This document shows, one piece after another, positions 38,695-51,395 of a stretch of 64,000 nt of DNA. The first letter of the stretch is position 1. Each line of letters opens with the position of its first letter. The notes under the pieces were generated by a model, which saw only the letters and a program-made list of their open reading frames with translations, was not told where the DNA came from and ran no database searches. Location of the stretch: NCBI RefSeq assembly GCF_044704955.1, contig NC_091987.1:219728001-219792000 (forward strand), read 5' to 3'. A program made the position numbers and the translations under genes. This stretch comes from Pristiophorus japonicus. Its lineage: Eukaryota.

Positions 38695-41600
38695 TAAGAA
38701 CATAAGAATTAGGAACAGGAGTAGGCCATCTAGCCCCTCGAGCCTGCTCCGCCATTCAATAAGATCATGGCTGATCTGGCCGTGGACTCAGCTCCACTTA
38801 CCCGCCCGCTCCCCATAACCCTTAATTCCCTTATTGGTTAAAAATCTATCGATCTGTGACTTAAATACATTCAATGAGCTAGCCTCAACTGCTTCCTTGG
38901 GCAGAGAATTCCACAGATTCACAACCCTCTGGGAGAAGAAATTCCTTCTCAACTCGGTTTTAAATTGGCTACCCCGTATTTTGAGGCTGTGCCCCCTAGT
39001 TCTAGTCTCCCCGACCAGTGGAAACAACCTCTCTGCCTCTATCTTGTCTATCCCTTTCATTATTTTAAATGTTTCTATAAGATCACCCCTCATCCTTCTG
39101 AACTCCAACGAGTAAAGACCCAGTCTACTCAATCTATCATCATAAGGTAACCCCCTCATCTCCGAAATCAACCTAGTGAATCGTCTCTATACCCCCTCCA
39201 AAGCCAGTATATCCTTCCTTAAGTAAGGCGACCAAAACTGCATGCAGTACTCCAGGTGCGGCCTCACCAATACCCTATACAGTTGCAGCAGGACCTCCCT
39301 GCTTTTGTACTCCATCCCTCTCGCAATGAAGGCCAACATTACATTCGCCTTCCTGATTACCTGCTGCACCTGCAAACTAACTTTTTGGGATTCATGCACG
39401 GGGCTGACTCAAAAGAGTTTCATGCACGGGGCTGCTCCTGAAATTCTGGCTGCACTTCAGTCCCACTCTCCTGATCTTTGGGCACCCTGTGCGGAGGGGA
39501 GCGGGTAGGTCCGAGGGCCTCCTTGTAGGACTGCTCCTGGGCACGGCCAAGGGTGCCATCAGCCGGTCCAGGCAGCGGGCGGTCGAGGGGGTCGTTCAAC
39601 CTGACTGCCTGCCTCTCTTCCGCTCTTGCATCCGGTCCAGGGTGTCCTTGGAGATGGAGCACGCGGTGTCCACCGGTACGCTCGCGGCCTTCCGCGAGAG
39701 GTGGGCACCGGAGGGACTGGAGTGCATCATCACGCCCGGCAACCAAATTTTAATTTGATTTTACGTTTTAAAGTTTAATTTGTTTTAATTGCCGGTGCTT
39801 TTAGTGTCCCCTTCCCTTTTATAGGGGGCACTGGGGAAAAAAGGTGATTTTAGTGCCCAAAAAAACAACAACAAAAAAAAACAAAAAAAAAAAAAAAAAG
39901 AGGGCCTTGTAAATGTCTGGTGTCATATCCAGGTCGGGTGGCACCGATTAATGTTTTTGTTTTGCAGATAAACTCCAAAAAGAGTTTCATGCACAAGGAC
40001 CCCCAGGTCCCTCTGCACCGCAGCATGTTGTAATTTCTCCCCATTCAAAAAGTATTCCCTTTTTTTGTTTTTTTTCCCCCAAGGTGGATGACCTCACACT
40101 TTCCGACATTGTATTCCATCTGCCAAACCTTAGCCCATTCGCTTAACCTATCTGAATCTCTGCAGCCTTTCTGTGTCCTCTACACAACCCGCTTTCCCAC
40201 TAATCTTTGCGTCATCTGCAAATTTTGTTACACTACACTCTGTCCCCTCTTCCAGATCATCTATGTATATTGTAAACAGTTGTGGTCCCAGCACTGATCC
40301 CTGTGGCACACCACTAACCACCGATTTCCAACCCGAAAAGGACCCATTTATCCCGACTCTCTTCTTTCTGTTCGCCAGCCAATTGTCTATCCATGCTAAT
40401 ACATTTCCTCTGACTCCGCGTACCTCTATCTTCTGCAGTAACCTTTTGTTTGGCACCTTATCGAATGCCTTTTGAAAATCTAAATACACCACATCCATCG
40501 GTACACCTCTATCCACCATGCTCGTTATATCCTCAAAGAATTCCAGTAAATTAGTTAAACATGATTTCCCCTTCATGAATCCATGCTGCGTCTGCTTGAT
40601 TGCACTATTCCTATCTAGATGTCCCGCTATTTCTTCCTTAATGATAGTTTCAAGCATTTTCCCCACAACAGATGTTAAACTAACCGGCCTATAGTTACCT
40701 GCCTTTTGTCTGCCCCCTTTTTTAAACAGAGGCGTTTCATTAGCTGCTTTCCAATCCGCTGGTACCTCCCCAGAGTCCAGAGAATTTTGGTAGATTATAA
40801 CGAATGTATCTGCTATAACTTCCGCCATCTCTTTTAATACCCAGGGATGCATTTCATCAGGACCAGGGGACTTGTCTACCTTGAGTCCCATTAGCCTGTC
40901 CAGCACTCCCTCCCTAGTGATAGTGATTGTCTACAGGTCCTCCCTTCCCACATTCCTGTGACCAGCAATTTCTGGCATGGTTTTTGTGTCTTCCACTGTG
41001 AAGACCGAAGCAAAATAATTGTTTAAGGTCTCAGCCATTTCCACATTTCCCATTATTAAATCCCCCTTCTCATCTTCTAAGGGACCAACATTTACTTTAG
41101 TCACTTTTTCCGTTTTATATATCTGTAAAAGCTTTTACTATCCGTTTTTATGTTTTGCGCAAGTTTACCTTCGTAATCTATCTTTCCTTTCTTTATTGCT
41201 TTCTTAGTCATTCTTTGCTGTCGTTTAAAATTTTCCCAATCTTCTATTTTCCCACTACCCTTGGCCACCTTATACCCATTGGTTTTTAATTTGATACTCT
41301 CCTTTATTTCCTTGGTTATCCACGGCTGGTTATCCCTTCTCTTACCGCCCTTCTTTTTCACTGGAATATATTTTTGTTGAGCACTATGAAAGGGCTCCTT
41401 AAAAGTCCTCCACTGTTCCTCAGTTGTGCCACTGTTTAGCCTGTGTTTCCAGTCTACTTTAGCCAACTCTGCCCTCATCCCACTGTAGTCCCCTTTGTTT
41501 AAGCATAGTACGCTCGTTTGAGACACTACTTCCTCACCTTCAATCTGTATTACAAATTCAGCCATACTGTGATCACTCATTCCGAGAGGATCTTTTACTT

Positions 41601-42290
41601 GGAGATCGTTTATTTTTCCTGTCTCATTACACAGGACCAGATCTAAGATAGCTTGCTCCCTTGTAGGTTCTGTAACATACTGTTCTAAGAAACAATCCTG
41701 TATGCATTCTATGAATTCCTCCTCCAGACTACCCTGTGCGATGAGTTGACCAATCGATATGTAGGTTAAAATCCCCCATGATTACTGCCATTCCTTTTTC
41801 ACATGCCTCCATTATTTCCTTATTGCCCGCCCCACCGTGAAGTTATTATTTGGGGGCCTATAAACTACGCCCACCAGTGACTTTTTCCCCTTACTATCTC
41901 TAATCTCCACCCACAATGATTCAACATTTTGTTCATTAGAACCAATATCGTCTCTCACAACTGCCCTGATATCATCCTTTATTAACAGAGCTACCCCACC
42001 TCCTTTCCCTTCTGGTCTATCTTTCCGAATCGTCAGATACCCCTGTATGTTTAATTCCCAGTCTTGGCCACCCTGCAACCACGTTTCTGTAATGGCTACC
42101 AAATCATACCCATTTGTAATGATTTGTGCCGTCAACTTATTTACTTTATTTTGAATGCTGCGTGTGTTTAGGTAGAGTGTTTTAATCCTAGTTTTTAATC
42201 CATGATTTTTAGTTTTGACCCCTCCTTCAGCCCCTTTACATTCAGTGGCCCTTTTTGTTTTTTGCCTTGGGTTTCTCTGCCCTCCACTTT
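38695..42290 (-). mobile_element. CR1 covering nearly all of ORF2 (EN+RT), with a nested Tx1-like fragment
   Basis: Peptides YDLVAITETWL, GGGVALLIK, YRPVSLTSVVGK and FADDAK. Flanked by a 33-bp direct repeat (38662-38694 / 42291-42323). Confidence 0.93.
39400..39985 (+). mobile_element. Tx1-clade (L1-like) retrotransposon 3' fragment
   Basis: C-terminal peptide LLIFG...LLLGTAKGAISRSR...FRERW plus a 3' UTR; TSD TTCATGCAC. Confidence 0.78.
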
Positions 42291-42489
42291 GAGTCAGCAC
42301 CTTCAGGAACTGTACCCCAGGTAGAGTCAGCACCTTCAGGGGAGGAGGGGACTTGTACCCCAGTTCAAATTCTTCACAAAACTATTTAGAAATCAAAAAA
42401 ATAAAGTCCCCGAATTTGCCACAACATTTGTCACCAGCGAGCAGGGTGAAAGTGCTCCCTGCAGTGTGGGGTGCAGGAGCGGTTACTTG

Positions 42490-43665
42490 ATTTAATTTTT
42501 TGAGGCGGTCACAATGAGGGTCGTTGAGGGTAATGCGTTTGATGTAGTGTATATGGATTTCAGCAAGGCAGATTGGTCACGAAAGTAAAAGCCCATGGGA
42601 TCCAGGGCAAAGTGGTAAGTTGGATCCAAAATTGGCTCAAAGGCAGAAAGCAGAGGGTAATGGTTGAAGGCTGTATCCAGTGGGGTTCTGTAGGGCTCAA
42701 TCCCTTGCTTTTTGTGATATATATCAATAATCTAGACTTGAATATAGGGGGTATGATTAAGACGTTTGCAGATGATACTAAAGTTGGCCGTGTGGTTGAT
42801 AATGAAGAAGAAAGCTGTAGACTGCAGGAAGATACCAATCAACTGGTCAGGTGGGCAGAGCAGTGGCAAATGGAATTCAATCCGGAGAGAAGTGTGAGGT
42901 AATGCATTTGGGGAGAGCTAACAAGGCAAGGGAATACACATTAAATGGTAGGACACAGACATGTAGAGGAACAAAGGGACCTGGGAGTGCAGGTCCACAG
43001 ATCCCTGAAAGTAGCAGGCCAGGTAGATAAGGTGGTTAAGGCGGCATATGGAATGCTTGCCTTTATTAGCCGAGGCATAGAATATAAGAGCAGGGGGGGT
43101 TATGCTTGAACTGTATAAAACACTAGTTAGGCCACAGCTGGAGTACTGTGTGCAGTTCTGGTCACCACATTACAGGAAGGATGTGATTGCACTGGAGAGG
43201 GTACAGAGGGGATTTACGAGAATGTTGCTGGGAGTGGAGAATCTTAGCTACGAGGACAGATTGGATAGGCTGGCTTTGTTTTCCTTGGAACAGAGAAGGC
43301 GGAGGGGAAACCTCATTGAGGTATATTTAAAATTATGAGCGGCCCAGATAGAGTGGATAGGAAGGACCTATTTCCCTTAGCAGAGGGGCATAAATTTAAA
43401 TCATTGGTAGGAGGTTCAGAGGGGATTTGAGAGGAAATGTCTTGACCCAGAGGGTGGGGGTCTGGAACTCACTGGCTGAAAGGGTGGTGGAGGCAGAAAC
43501 CCTCACATTTAAAAAATACTTGGATGTGCTCCTGAAGTGCCGTAACCTGCAGGGCTACGGAGGAGCTGGAAAGTGGGATTAGGCTGGGTAGCTCTTTGTT
43601 GGCCGGTGTGGACACGATGGGCCGAATGGCCTTCTCCTGTGCTGTAACTTTCTATCATTCTGTGA
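42490..43665 (+). mobile_element. 5'-truncated CR1
   Basis: Peptides FADDTK and RPQLEYCVQFWSP, followed by a 3' UTR. Confidence 0.9.
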
Positions 43666-43678
43666 TCAGCATGCTTAC

Positions 43679-43892
43679 GGCAGGTTGCGGTTAATTTGCA
43701 GGTTGCCCGCAGTCCATGCTCCCACGATGGGCCTATGCCACAGGTGTTTGTATTCCGGGAAATCCTTGCGATAGGTGCTGAGCAAATCCATGGGAGGGCG
43801 CTTGTCCTCTGCTCGTTTCTTCGACGTGGGCTTTCTCTCGATTGGTAAAGGCTGAAACGTGACTTGGTAAGTGGTATTCAAATCATGAACAC
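43679..43892 (-). CDS. SAXO-like gene exon 5 (VHDLNTTYQVTF...MDLLSTYRKDF...)
   Basis: Acceptor ttactaaag| and donor GCC|gtaagc. Phases 1/2; two Mn-like motifs. Confidence 0.9.
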
Positions 43893-44011
43893 CTTTAGTA
43901 ACAGAGTAACACATTGTAAATCATTTCATTCAAATACAGCAACTTCTCAAACTCCTGAAATACTGCCACAAAGTTTACCCTTTTTGTCTCCCAGCCCACA
44001 CACCATTCCTT

Positions 44012-44311
44012 ACCTCTGTATCTAACCCGTGCTGTACCTGCCCTGGGAGTGTTTGATGGGACAGTGTAGAGGGAGCTTTACTCTGTATCTAACCCCCTGT
44101 ACCTGCCCTGGGAGTGTTTGATGGGACAGTGTAGAGGGAGCTTTACTCTGTATCTAACCCCCTGTACCTGCCCTGGGAGTGTTTGATGGGACAGTATAGA
44201 GGGAGCTTTACTCTGTATCTAACCCCGTGCTGTACCTGCCCTGGGAGTGTTTGATGGGACAGTGTAGAGGGAGCTTTACTCTGTATCCAACCCCCTGTAC
44301 CTGCCCTGGGA
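44012..44311. repeat. 65-68-bp minisatellite, copy 3
   Basis: Same unit as at 27605. Confidence 0.95.
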
Positions 44312-44639
44312 ATACGTTTTGATGAATAAGGGACTATTGTCCATCTCTGACCTCCCTGACCTTTAATCACTGTGGAAGTACAGAGTCCCACAGGACACTC
44401 GTGAGCATTGGCTCTGCCTCACCATACCTTCGAACTTTAAGTTGTCTGGCATGGATTTTGCCTTTTTTTGCCCTTTGCAGGCATTGTCAGACTTTTCTGC
44501 TTGTATTGTGGTCTGCTGGATTTTGTTCTGGTTTTGGGTGCTGTGACATCCTGGAGAACAGAAACAGAATGTTACAGGTCTGGTTGCATTGTCGTGTGTC
44601 TGCGGCGTACACGGAACCTGTTACACACACAGCAACAGG

Positions 44640-45260
44640 AGAAGGCCGTACTCCAGACGGGGTCTGACCAAGGCTCTGTACAACTGAAGTCTCCCCTTTG
44701 TATTCTAGACCCTTGCGATACAGGCCAATATTCCATTCGCCTTTTAGATTGCTTTCTGTACTTGTCCCCTGGCATTTAATGTACTTGGACTTGCAAATCT
44801 CAATGCTCCTCATCACTCATCATTGAGAAAATATTCCGATTTATCTTTCTTGGGTTCAAAATGGATGACTTCACACTTGCTCAGATCAAACTCCATTTGC
44901 CACAGTTCTGCCCCCTCACTTAGTCTGTTTTTGTCCCTTTGCAACTTTCCACTCCCCTCTGCCCTTGGTACTTCCTAATTTAGTGTTGTCTGCAACTTCT
45001 TCCAACCTTTACTAAATATAGTTATAAGTTGTGGCTCCAGAACCAATCCCTGGCGAGCACCACTTTGCACAAGTGCCCATTTATAGTACATGCCCTCCCT
45101 GCCCACTCTCGCAACCCATGTGCAAAGACTACCTCCAGTTCTATCTGCTCTCGTGCCTTCCGAATGTCCATGGTGACTATCCATGGACACTCCCTCATCC
45201 ACCTTATTAGTGACGTCAAAAAATCCAAGCACATTAGGCAAACATGACTTATCCTGAACG
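44640..45260 (-). mobile_element. Old CR1 RT fragment
   Basis: Degenerate KSCLxN and SGxxQGxVL motifs. Confidence 0.65.
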
Positions 45261-45492
45261 TTCATCCTTCTTCAATGTTATGGCTAAATCCTAGCTCTCT
45301 CCACCTCCTCACCCCTGCCCCAGGATTGGGATCATGCCTGATGCCCCACCGGTGGACTGCTCACCTGCAGAGGCCCCATGGGGGAGGTACTGGAGTGCAA
45401 TGACTAAGCGTCACCTGGTGAGAGCCAATACCTTTAGGAGAAGAGAGAAAAGTTGAGGAAAAAGGAAAAGGCAAGGGCTGTCAGAGCTTCAC

Positions 45493-45661
45493 CTGCAGTG
45501 GCTGGAGCGTCCCTGCATCCCCCTCGAGGGTTCGGCTTCTGGTGGTGGCTGACATTGGCAGTGCTGCCACAGGTGTTCAACCCAGTGCAGGGCCTACTGG
45601 TGGGGAGACCATCTTTCAGGGTCATCCCCTTCGTCTGGATGTATTTAGAGCAAAGTGGTTC
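45493..45661 (-). CDS. SAXO-like gene exon 4 (EPLCSKYIQTK...DAPATA)
   Basis: Acceptor ttttgtgcag| and donor CAG|gtgaag. Phases 0/1 bridge exons 3 and 5. No clear Mn motif. Confidence 0.72.
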
Positions 45662-45747
45662 CTGCACAAAATAACTCGGGTCAGCAGAGAACGAGAAGCA
45701 AGTCATTATTACACAGCACAGTCACCCCGACACATTCCACAAAACAG

Positions 45748-46582
45748 GCTGCCCTGTGGGACCTTTCCTCCCGGCGCCCTGCCCTGTGGGACCGGGCTCT
45801 CCCCCCCCCCCCCGGTGCCCTGTGGGACCAGGCCCTTCCCCCTCCCCCCCACCCCCCGGTGCCCTGTGGGACCGGGCTCTCCCCCCCCCCGGCATCCTGT
45901 GCGACCGGGCCCTCCCCTTTCACCCCCAGGTGCCCTGCCCTGTGGGACCGGACCCTTTTCCCCCACCCCCCCCCGGTGCCCTGTGGGACCGGGCCCTTCC
46001 CCATTCTCCCCCCCACCCCCTGTGCGACCGGGCCCTCCCCTTTCACCCCCAGGTGCCCTGCCCTGTGGGACCGGGCCCTTTTCCCCCACCCCCCCCCGGT
46101 GCCCTGTGGGACCGGGCCCTTCCCCATTCTCCCCCCCACCCCCTGTGGGACCGGGCCCTTTCCCCCCCGGTGCCCTGTGGGACTGGGCTCTCCCCACCCC
46201 CCGGTGCCCTGTGGGACTGGGCCCTTCCCTCCCCCCCCCCCCCCCCCGGTGCCCTGTGGGACCGGGCCCTTTCCCCCCCGGTGCCCTGTGGGACCGGGCC
46301 CTTTCCCCCCCGGTGCCCTGTGGGACCGGGCCCTTCCCCATTCTCCCCCCCACCCCCTGTGGGACCGGGCCCTTTCCCCCCCGGTGCCCTGTGGGACCGG
46401 GCCCTTTTCCCCCGCCCCCCCGGTGCCCTGTGGGACCGGACCCTTTTCCCCCGCCCCCCCGGTGCCCTGTGGGACTGGGCCCTCCCCACCCCCCGGTGCC
46501 CTGTGGGACTGGGCCCTTCCCTTCCCCCCCAGGTGCCCTGCCCCCCCCCCCCACCCCCCCCGGTGCCCTGTGGGCCCTTCCC
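45748..46582. repeat. C-rich minisatellite (GGTGCCCTGTGGGACCGGGCCCT + C-run)
   Basis: Variable-length tandem units filling most of intron 3. Confidence 0.95.
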
Positions 46583-46650
46583 GCGATGTTTCCCAGCAAT
46601 GAAAAGTAAACACAGTGACACGTCAGCTGGGAGCTGCCCTTTGCCCGTAC

Positions 46651-46763
46651 CTTCTGCGTTTTGGGCCCAAATTCAGCGCACTGCGTGGTTTCGCACTGCA
46701 TGACTGGCGGGTTGCGGTATGGTGGAGTGCGTAAGGGCCTCTTGCTGCTGCGGGGCTGGATAT
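46651..46763 (-). CDS. SAXO-like gene exon 3 (IQPRSSKRP...MQCETTQCAEFGPKTQK)
   Basis: Acceptor tgtttcag| and donor AAG|gtacgg. Phases 1/0. Resembles SAXO1 PRESFKP...MEGLTTSRRDFGP (recalled). Confidence 0.88.
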
Positions 46764-46869
46764 CTGAAACAGGATCGACAGGGGGTTCATTGTGCACCAA
46801 TCTCAGACTTGCCAATCCATGTACCAGCCTCCCGCACTGCTCACCTCGCACCAGTGAAAGGAGAGATGA

Positions 46870-47040
46870 CAATGGGGTTTATATGGTACCTCAGGATGGC
46901 CAAAAGCACTTTACAGCCAATGAAGTACTTTTGAAGTGTTGTCACTGTTGTAATGGAGGAATCGTGGCAGCCAAATTGCGCACAGCAAGCTCCCACAACC
47001 AGGTAATCTGTTTTAGTGATGTTGGTTGAGGGATAAATGC
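46870..47040 (-). mobile_element. SINE fragment (SacSINE1/DeuSINE-like)
   Basis: Reverse complement of the sequence at ~53810-53990. Confidence 0.75.
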
Positions 47041-47149
47041 ATTACACGTCCAGTAAAGTGACAGCATTGCCGGGACAGGAGGAAATTCGTGCTTCAGTTA
47101 CCGCAGCACTAATGCACTGCCCAAAACCACCAACAATTTCAAACTTCAG

Positions 47150-47482
47150 TGTAACTTCCTCCAGCCCTTCGGGGAACTCTGCGCTTTCCAATTCTGGCCT
47201 CTTGCCCATTTTAAATCGCCCCACCATTGGTGGCTATGCCTTCAGCTGCTGAGGCCCCAGGCTCTGGAGTTCTCCACCTCTCCACCTCTCCACCTCTCCA
47301 CCTCTCCACCTCTCCACCTCTCCACCTCTCCACAAAACCTATCTTTTTGACCAAGTTCTTGGTCACCTGTCCTAACTTCTCCTTATGTGGCTCAGAGCCA
47401 ACTTTTATTTGATAACGCTCCTGTGAATCGCCTTTGGACATTTTACCATATTAAAAAGACACTATATAAATGCAGGTATTTG
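47150..47482 (+). mobile_element. L2-like LINE 3' end containing a (CTCCACCT)n microsatellite at ~47271-47332
   Basis: AAAACCTATCTTTTTGACCAAG...CTATATAAATGCA, a typical L2-type terminus. Confidence 0.6.
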
Positions 47483-47864
47483 TTGTAAAGAAGCTCACCT
47501 TTAGAAAGAAATCAAATTTGCAATTAGAACTGGGATTTTTTTCTACACAGCTTAGTTTATACAAAATGAACACACGCAATTTTCTTTAATGCCTGTATGA
47601 TTTTCAACTGGGTTTTGCTCACAGCAGTGTCCAGATTAATCGTGAATTCCTGGACAATCCTGGAGGGTTGCTGACCTGAAGCTCGGCAGTGTAAAGGGGA
47701 CGATGCTACTGAGCAACCGGTATAATGCTTGCAGTGGACCCCACGTGAGGCATGGCAGAGGGGAGGGGCAAGTCTGGACCTGGAGGGCACCGTGAGCATT
47801 GGCATTCTGGGTTTACCAATCTGCCGGTCATTCAGAGGCAGAGTGCGGGAAGTATAGAGCGCTT

Positions 47865-48340
47865 TCCCCCCACCGCAATCTCCAAGACCCAAACCCCCCC
47901 CCCGCATCACCCAAACCCCCCTGCTATCACCCACAACCCCCCCCCGCATCACCCCAACCCCCCTATCACCCCAGCCCCCCCCCCGCATCACCCCAACCCC
48001 CTGCTATCACCCACAACCCCCCCCCGCATCACCCCAACCCCCCTATCACCCTAACCACTGTGCTATCACCCACAACCCCCCCCCCCGCATCACCCCAACC
48101 CCCCTGCTATCACCCACAACCCCCCCCCGCATCACCCCAACCCCCCTATCACCCCAACCACTGTGCTATCACCCACAACCCCCCCCCCGCATCACCCCAG
48201 CCCCCCCCCCGCATCACCCCAACCCCCTGCTATCACCCACAACCCCCCCCCCGCATCACCCCAACCCCCTGCTATCACCCACAACCCCCCCCCGCATCAC
48301 CCCAACCCCCCTGCTATCACCCACAACCCCTCCCCCCCCA
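47865..48340. repeat. C-rich minisatellite (GCATCACCCCAACCCCCTGCTATCACCCACAACCCC...)
   Basis: Direct tandem units with variable C-runs. Confidence 0.93.
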
Positions 48341-48547
48341 TAATCCCCTGCACCTGCACCCCCAAAGATCCTCCTGCACCAACAACTCCCCACACCCCCA
48401 CCCAGTCACATCTCCAGGCACAAATGTCAGTTCAGCAACCCTCCTGAGACCAGCACTCGACGGTAAACCCAAGCAGGAAAGAGGGGAGGCGGAAGTGACT
48501 GCCCCGAGAGCAGACGAGTGGGATACTGTGGTACATCCGGCTCTTAC

Positions 48548-48657
48548 TCAGAGGCTGTACGAAGGCGGACTGGTAGTGGGTCAGCAGGCAGTCTCCGTTA
48601 ATTGAGCGTGGTTGAATCGATTGCTTCTTCTTACAGTTCTGATGGTGTTTGTGTTGT
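48548..48657 (-). CDS. SAXO-like gene exon 2 (QHKHHQNC...DCLLTHYQSAFVQPL)
   Basis: Strong acceptor ctactcctgcag| and donor TGA|gtaaga. Phases 2/1. Confidence 0.9.
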
Positions 48658-49279
48658 CTGCAGGAGTAGAGGAGAGAGAGTTGATCAGGGAGTTGTGACC
48701 GGGAGCAACCGTTAACTAACCAGTGCTGTCGGGTACAACTTGATCCATGTTTTCCCTGGACTGTATATCGGGTTTCCAACCCTCCAGGATTGTCCCAGAG
48801 TCTCCAGGAACTCCTGGACATTGCAACTCGGCAACAAAATCAGAGGGGTAGGAAACAAACTGTGTTTTTGTTTCCATTTTCTTTGCATAATTTAGTTTAT
48901 TAAATATTGGAGATGGGGAATGGGTGTTTGTCCAGGTGGCGTGGTGAGAGACCATGTGATAAAACCTCCAGGAATACACCCCTGTGAAATGTGTCATTAT
49001 ACTGCTCGTCTAGTACGGTTTGACCTTTATTAATTTTACAATAATTGTCTTGCATAAGCAAGAAAAAGCAGTTCAAACTGTTCTGTGATGTTATTCCCCA
49101 TGGTTATCAGAGACCAACGGTGAACCGCTAACATGGACCAATAACAGAAGAGATTTTTCAGCTGGGCTGTTGCTACAGACCAATCGCAAAGCTCAAAAGG
49201 CACTGAGCCAATGCTTGCACTGTTACTGGGAGCCAATGAAACATCACTGTCAAACTTCACAGGCATTGGTCCAGAGCAA

Positions 49280-50070
49280 AGGAACACGAGGCCATTCAAC
49301 CCCTCGAGCCTGTTCCGCTATTCAATTAGATCATGACTGATCTGTATCTTAACTCCATTTACCTTCCTTTGTTTCCTTACTCTTAATAACTTTACCCAAC
49401 AAAAATCTCAGTCTCAGATTTGACGTTTCCAATTGACCCCCGGCCTCAGCAGCTTTTTGGGGGAGGAAGTTCCAGATTCCCACCACCCTTTGTGTGAAGA
49501 AGTGCTCCCTGACATCAGCCCTGAACAGCCGGGCTCTAACTTTAAGGTTCTGCCCCTTGTTCTGGACTCCCCCAACCAGAGGAAATTGTTTCTCTCTCTC
49601 TACCCCATCAACTCCTTTAAGTCATCTTAAACACTTCAATTAGATCGCCCCTTAATTTTACTCTCAGGAATACAAGCTTAGTCTATGCAACCCGTCGTCA
49701 TAATTTAACCCTTTCAGCCCCAGTATCATTCTGGTGATGCTGCACTGCTCCCCCTCAGAGGCCAATATATCCCCCCCGAGGGGTCCAGGACTGGACACAG
49801 TGTTCAGACAGGGTCTGAACGAGGCTCTGCACATTGGAGCATCACTTCCTCCCGTTGTATTCCAGACCCTTTTAAAGTTATTTTCATACCTGTCCACTAG
49901 CTGTTAGTGATTTCTGTACTTAGGCCCCTAAATCCCCAAGTTCCCAGCTTCTCACCATTTGGAAAATACTCTAAATCGATCTTCCTTGGGTCCAGAGTGG
50001 GTGACCTGACACTTCTGTATATCGACCTCCATCTAGTACAGTTTTGCCTGCTCACTGAATCCATCAATGT
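49280..50070 (-). mobile_element. Decayed CR1 3' fragment
   Basis: GGCCATTCAACCCCTCGAGCCTG 3'-UTR motif and a degenerate RT C-terminus. Confidence 0.75.
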
Positions 50071-50306
50071 TAGTCAATATGTGACGTGCTGACCAGCAAC
50101 CAATGAGATTCCAGGAAAGAACACACCACAGACCGCTACCAATAGGCATCCGGGCCATTGATTATTGTAATGCCCAGGATAATGGGACAAAACTTACACA
50201 GAAAATACTCCTTGCTTTGCCCCAGGGAGTGAGTGAAGCAGAAACCATTGGATCTTCTAGGGGAAAAAGGGATAAATATTTGAAGCAGAGGAAGATATGG
50301 GGCCAT

Positions 50307-51395
50307 GGGATTAGTTTGGGATTGATACAGGGCTATGGGGAGAGAGTGGGGCAGTGGGATTAGTTTGGGATTGATACAGGGCTATGGGGGGGAAGAGTGG
50401 GGCAGTGGGATTCATTTGGGATTGATACAGGGCTATGGGGGGGGGGGGGAAGAGTGGGGCAGTGGGATTCGTTTGGGATTGATACAGGGCTATGGGGGGA
50501 GAGCGGGGCAGTGGGATTAGTTTGGGATTGATACAGGACTATGGGGAAGAGAGCGGGGCAGTGGGATTAGTTTGGGATTGATACAGGGCTATGGGGAAGA
50601 GAGCGGGACAGTGGGATTAGTTTGGGATTGATACAGGGCTATGGGGAGAGAGCAGGACAGTGGGATTAGTTTGGGATTGATACAGGGCTATGGGGAAGAG
50701 AGCAGGACAGTGGGATTAGTTTGGGATTGATACAGGGCTATGGGGAAGAGAGCGGGACAGTGGGATTAGTTTGGGATTGATACAGGGCTATGGGGAAGAG
50801 AGCAGGACAGTGGGATTAGTTTGGGATTGATACAGGGCTATGGGGAAGAGAGCGGGGCAGTGGGATTAGTTTGGGGATTGATACAGGGCTATGGGGAAGA
50901 GAGCGGGACAGTGGGATTAGTTTGGGATTGATACAGGACTATGGGGAAGAGAGCGGGGCAGTGGGATTAGTTTGGGATTGATACAGGGCTATGGGGAAGA
51001 GAGCGGGACAGTGGGATTGATACAGGACTATGGGGAAGAGAGCGGGGCAGTGGGATTAGTTTGGGATTGATACAGAGCTATGGGGAAGAGAGCGGGACAG
51101 TGGGATTAGTTTGGGATTGATACAGGGCTATGGGGAGAGAGCAGGACAGTGGGATTAGTTTGGGATTGATACAGGGCTATGGGGAGAGAGCGGGACAGTG
51201 GGATTAGTTTGGGATTGATACAGGGTTATGGGGAGAGAGCAGGACAGTGGGATTAGTTTGGGATTGATACAGGGCTATGGGGAAGAGAGCGGGACAGTGG
51301 GATTAGTTTGGGATTGATACAGGGCTATGGGAGGAGAGTGGGGCAGTGGGATTAGTTTGGGATTGATACAGGGCTATGGGGGGGGGGGGGGGGGA
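50307..51395. repeat. 49-50-bp minisatellite (GGGATTAGTTTGGGATTGATACAGGGCTATGGGGAAGAGAGCGGGGCAGT), about 21 units
   Basis: Tandem repeat embedded in a CR1 3' terminus (~50215-51440). Confidence 0.96.

Noticed and set aside
38662-42340. Unusually long 33-bp TSD
   Set aside because: The site is itself a 33-bp tandem repeat, so a TSD cannot be told apart from pre-existing units.
45542-46872. Collagen-like Gly/Pro ORFs
   Set aside because: C-rich minisatellite; only 46651-46763 and 45493-45661 behave as exons.
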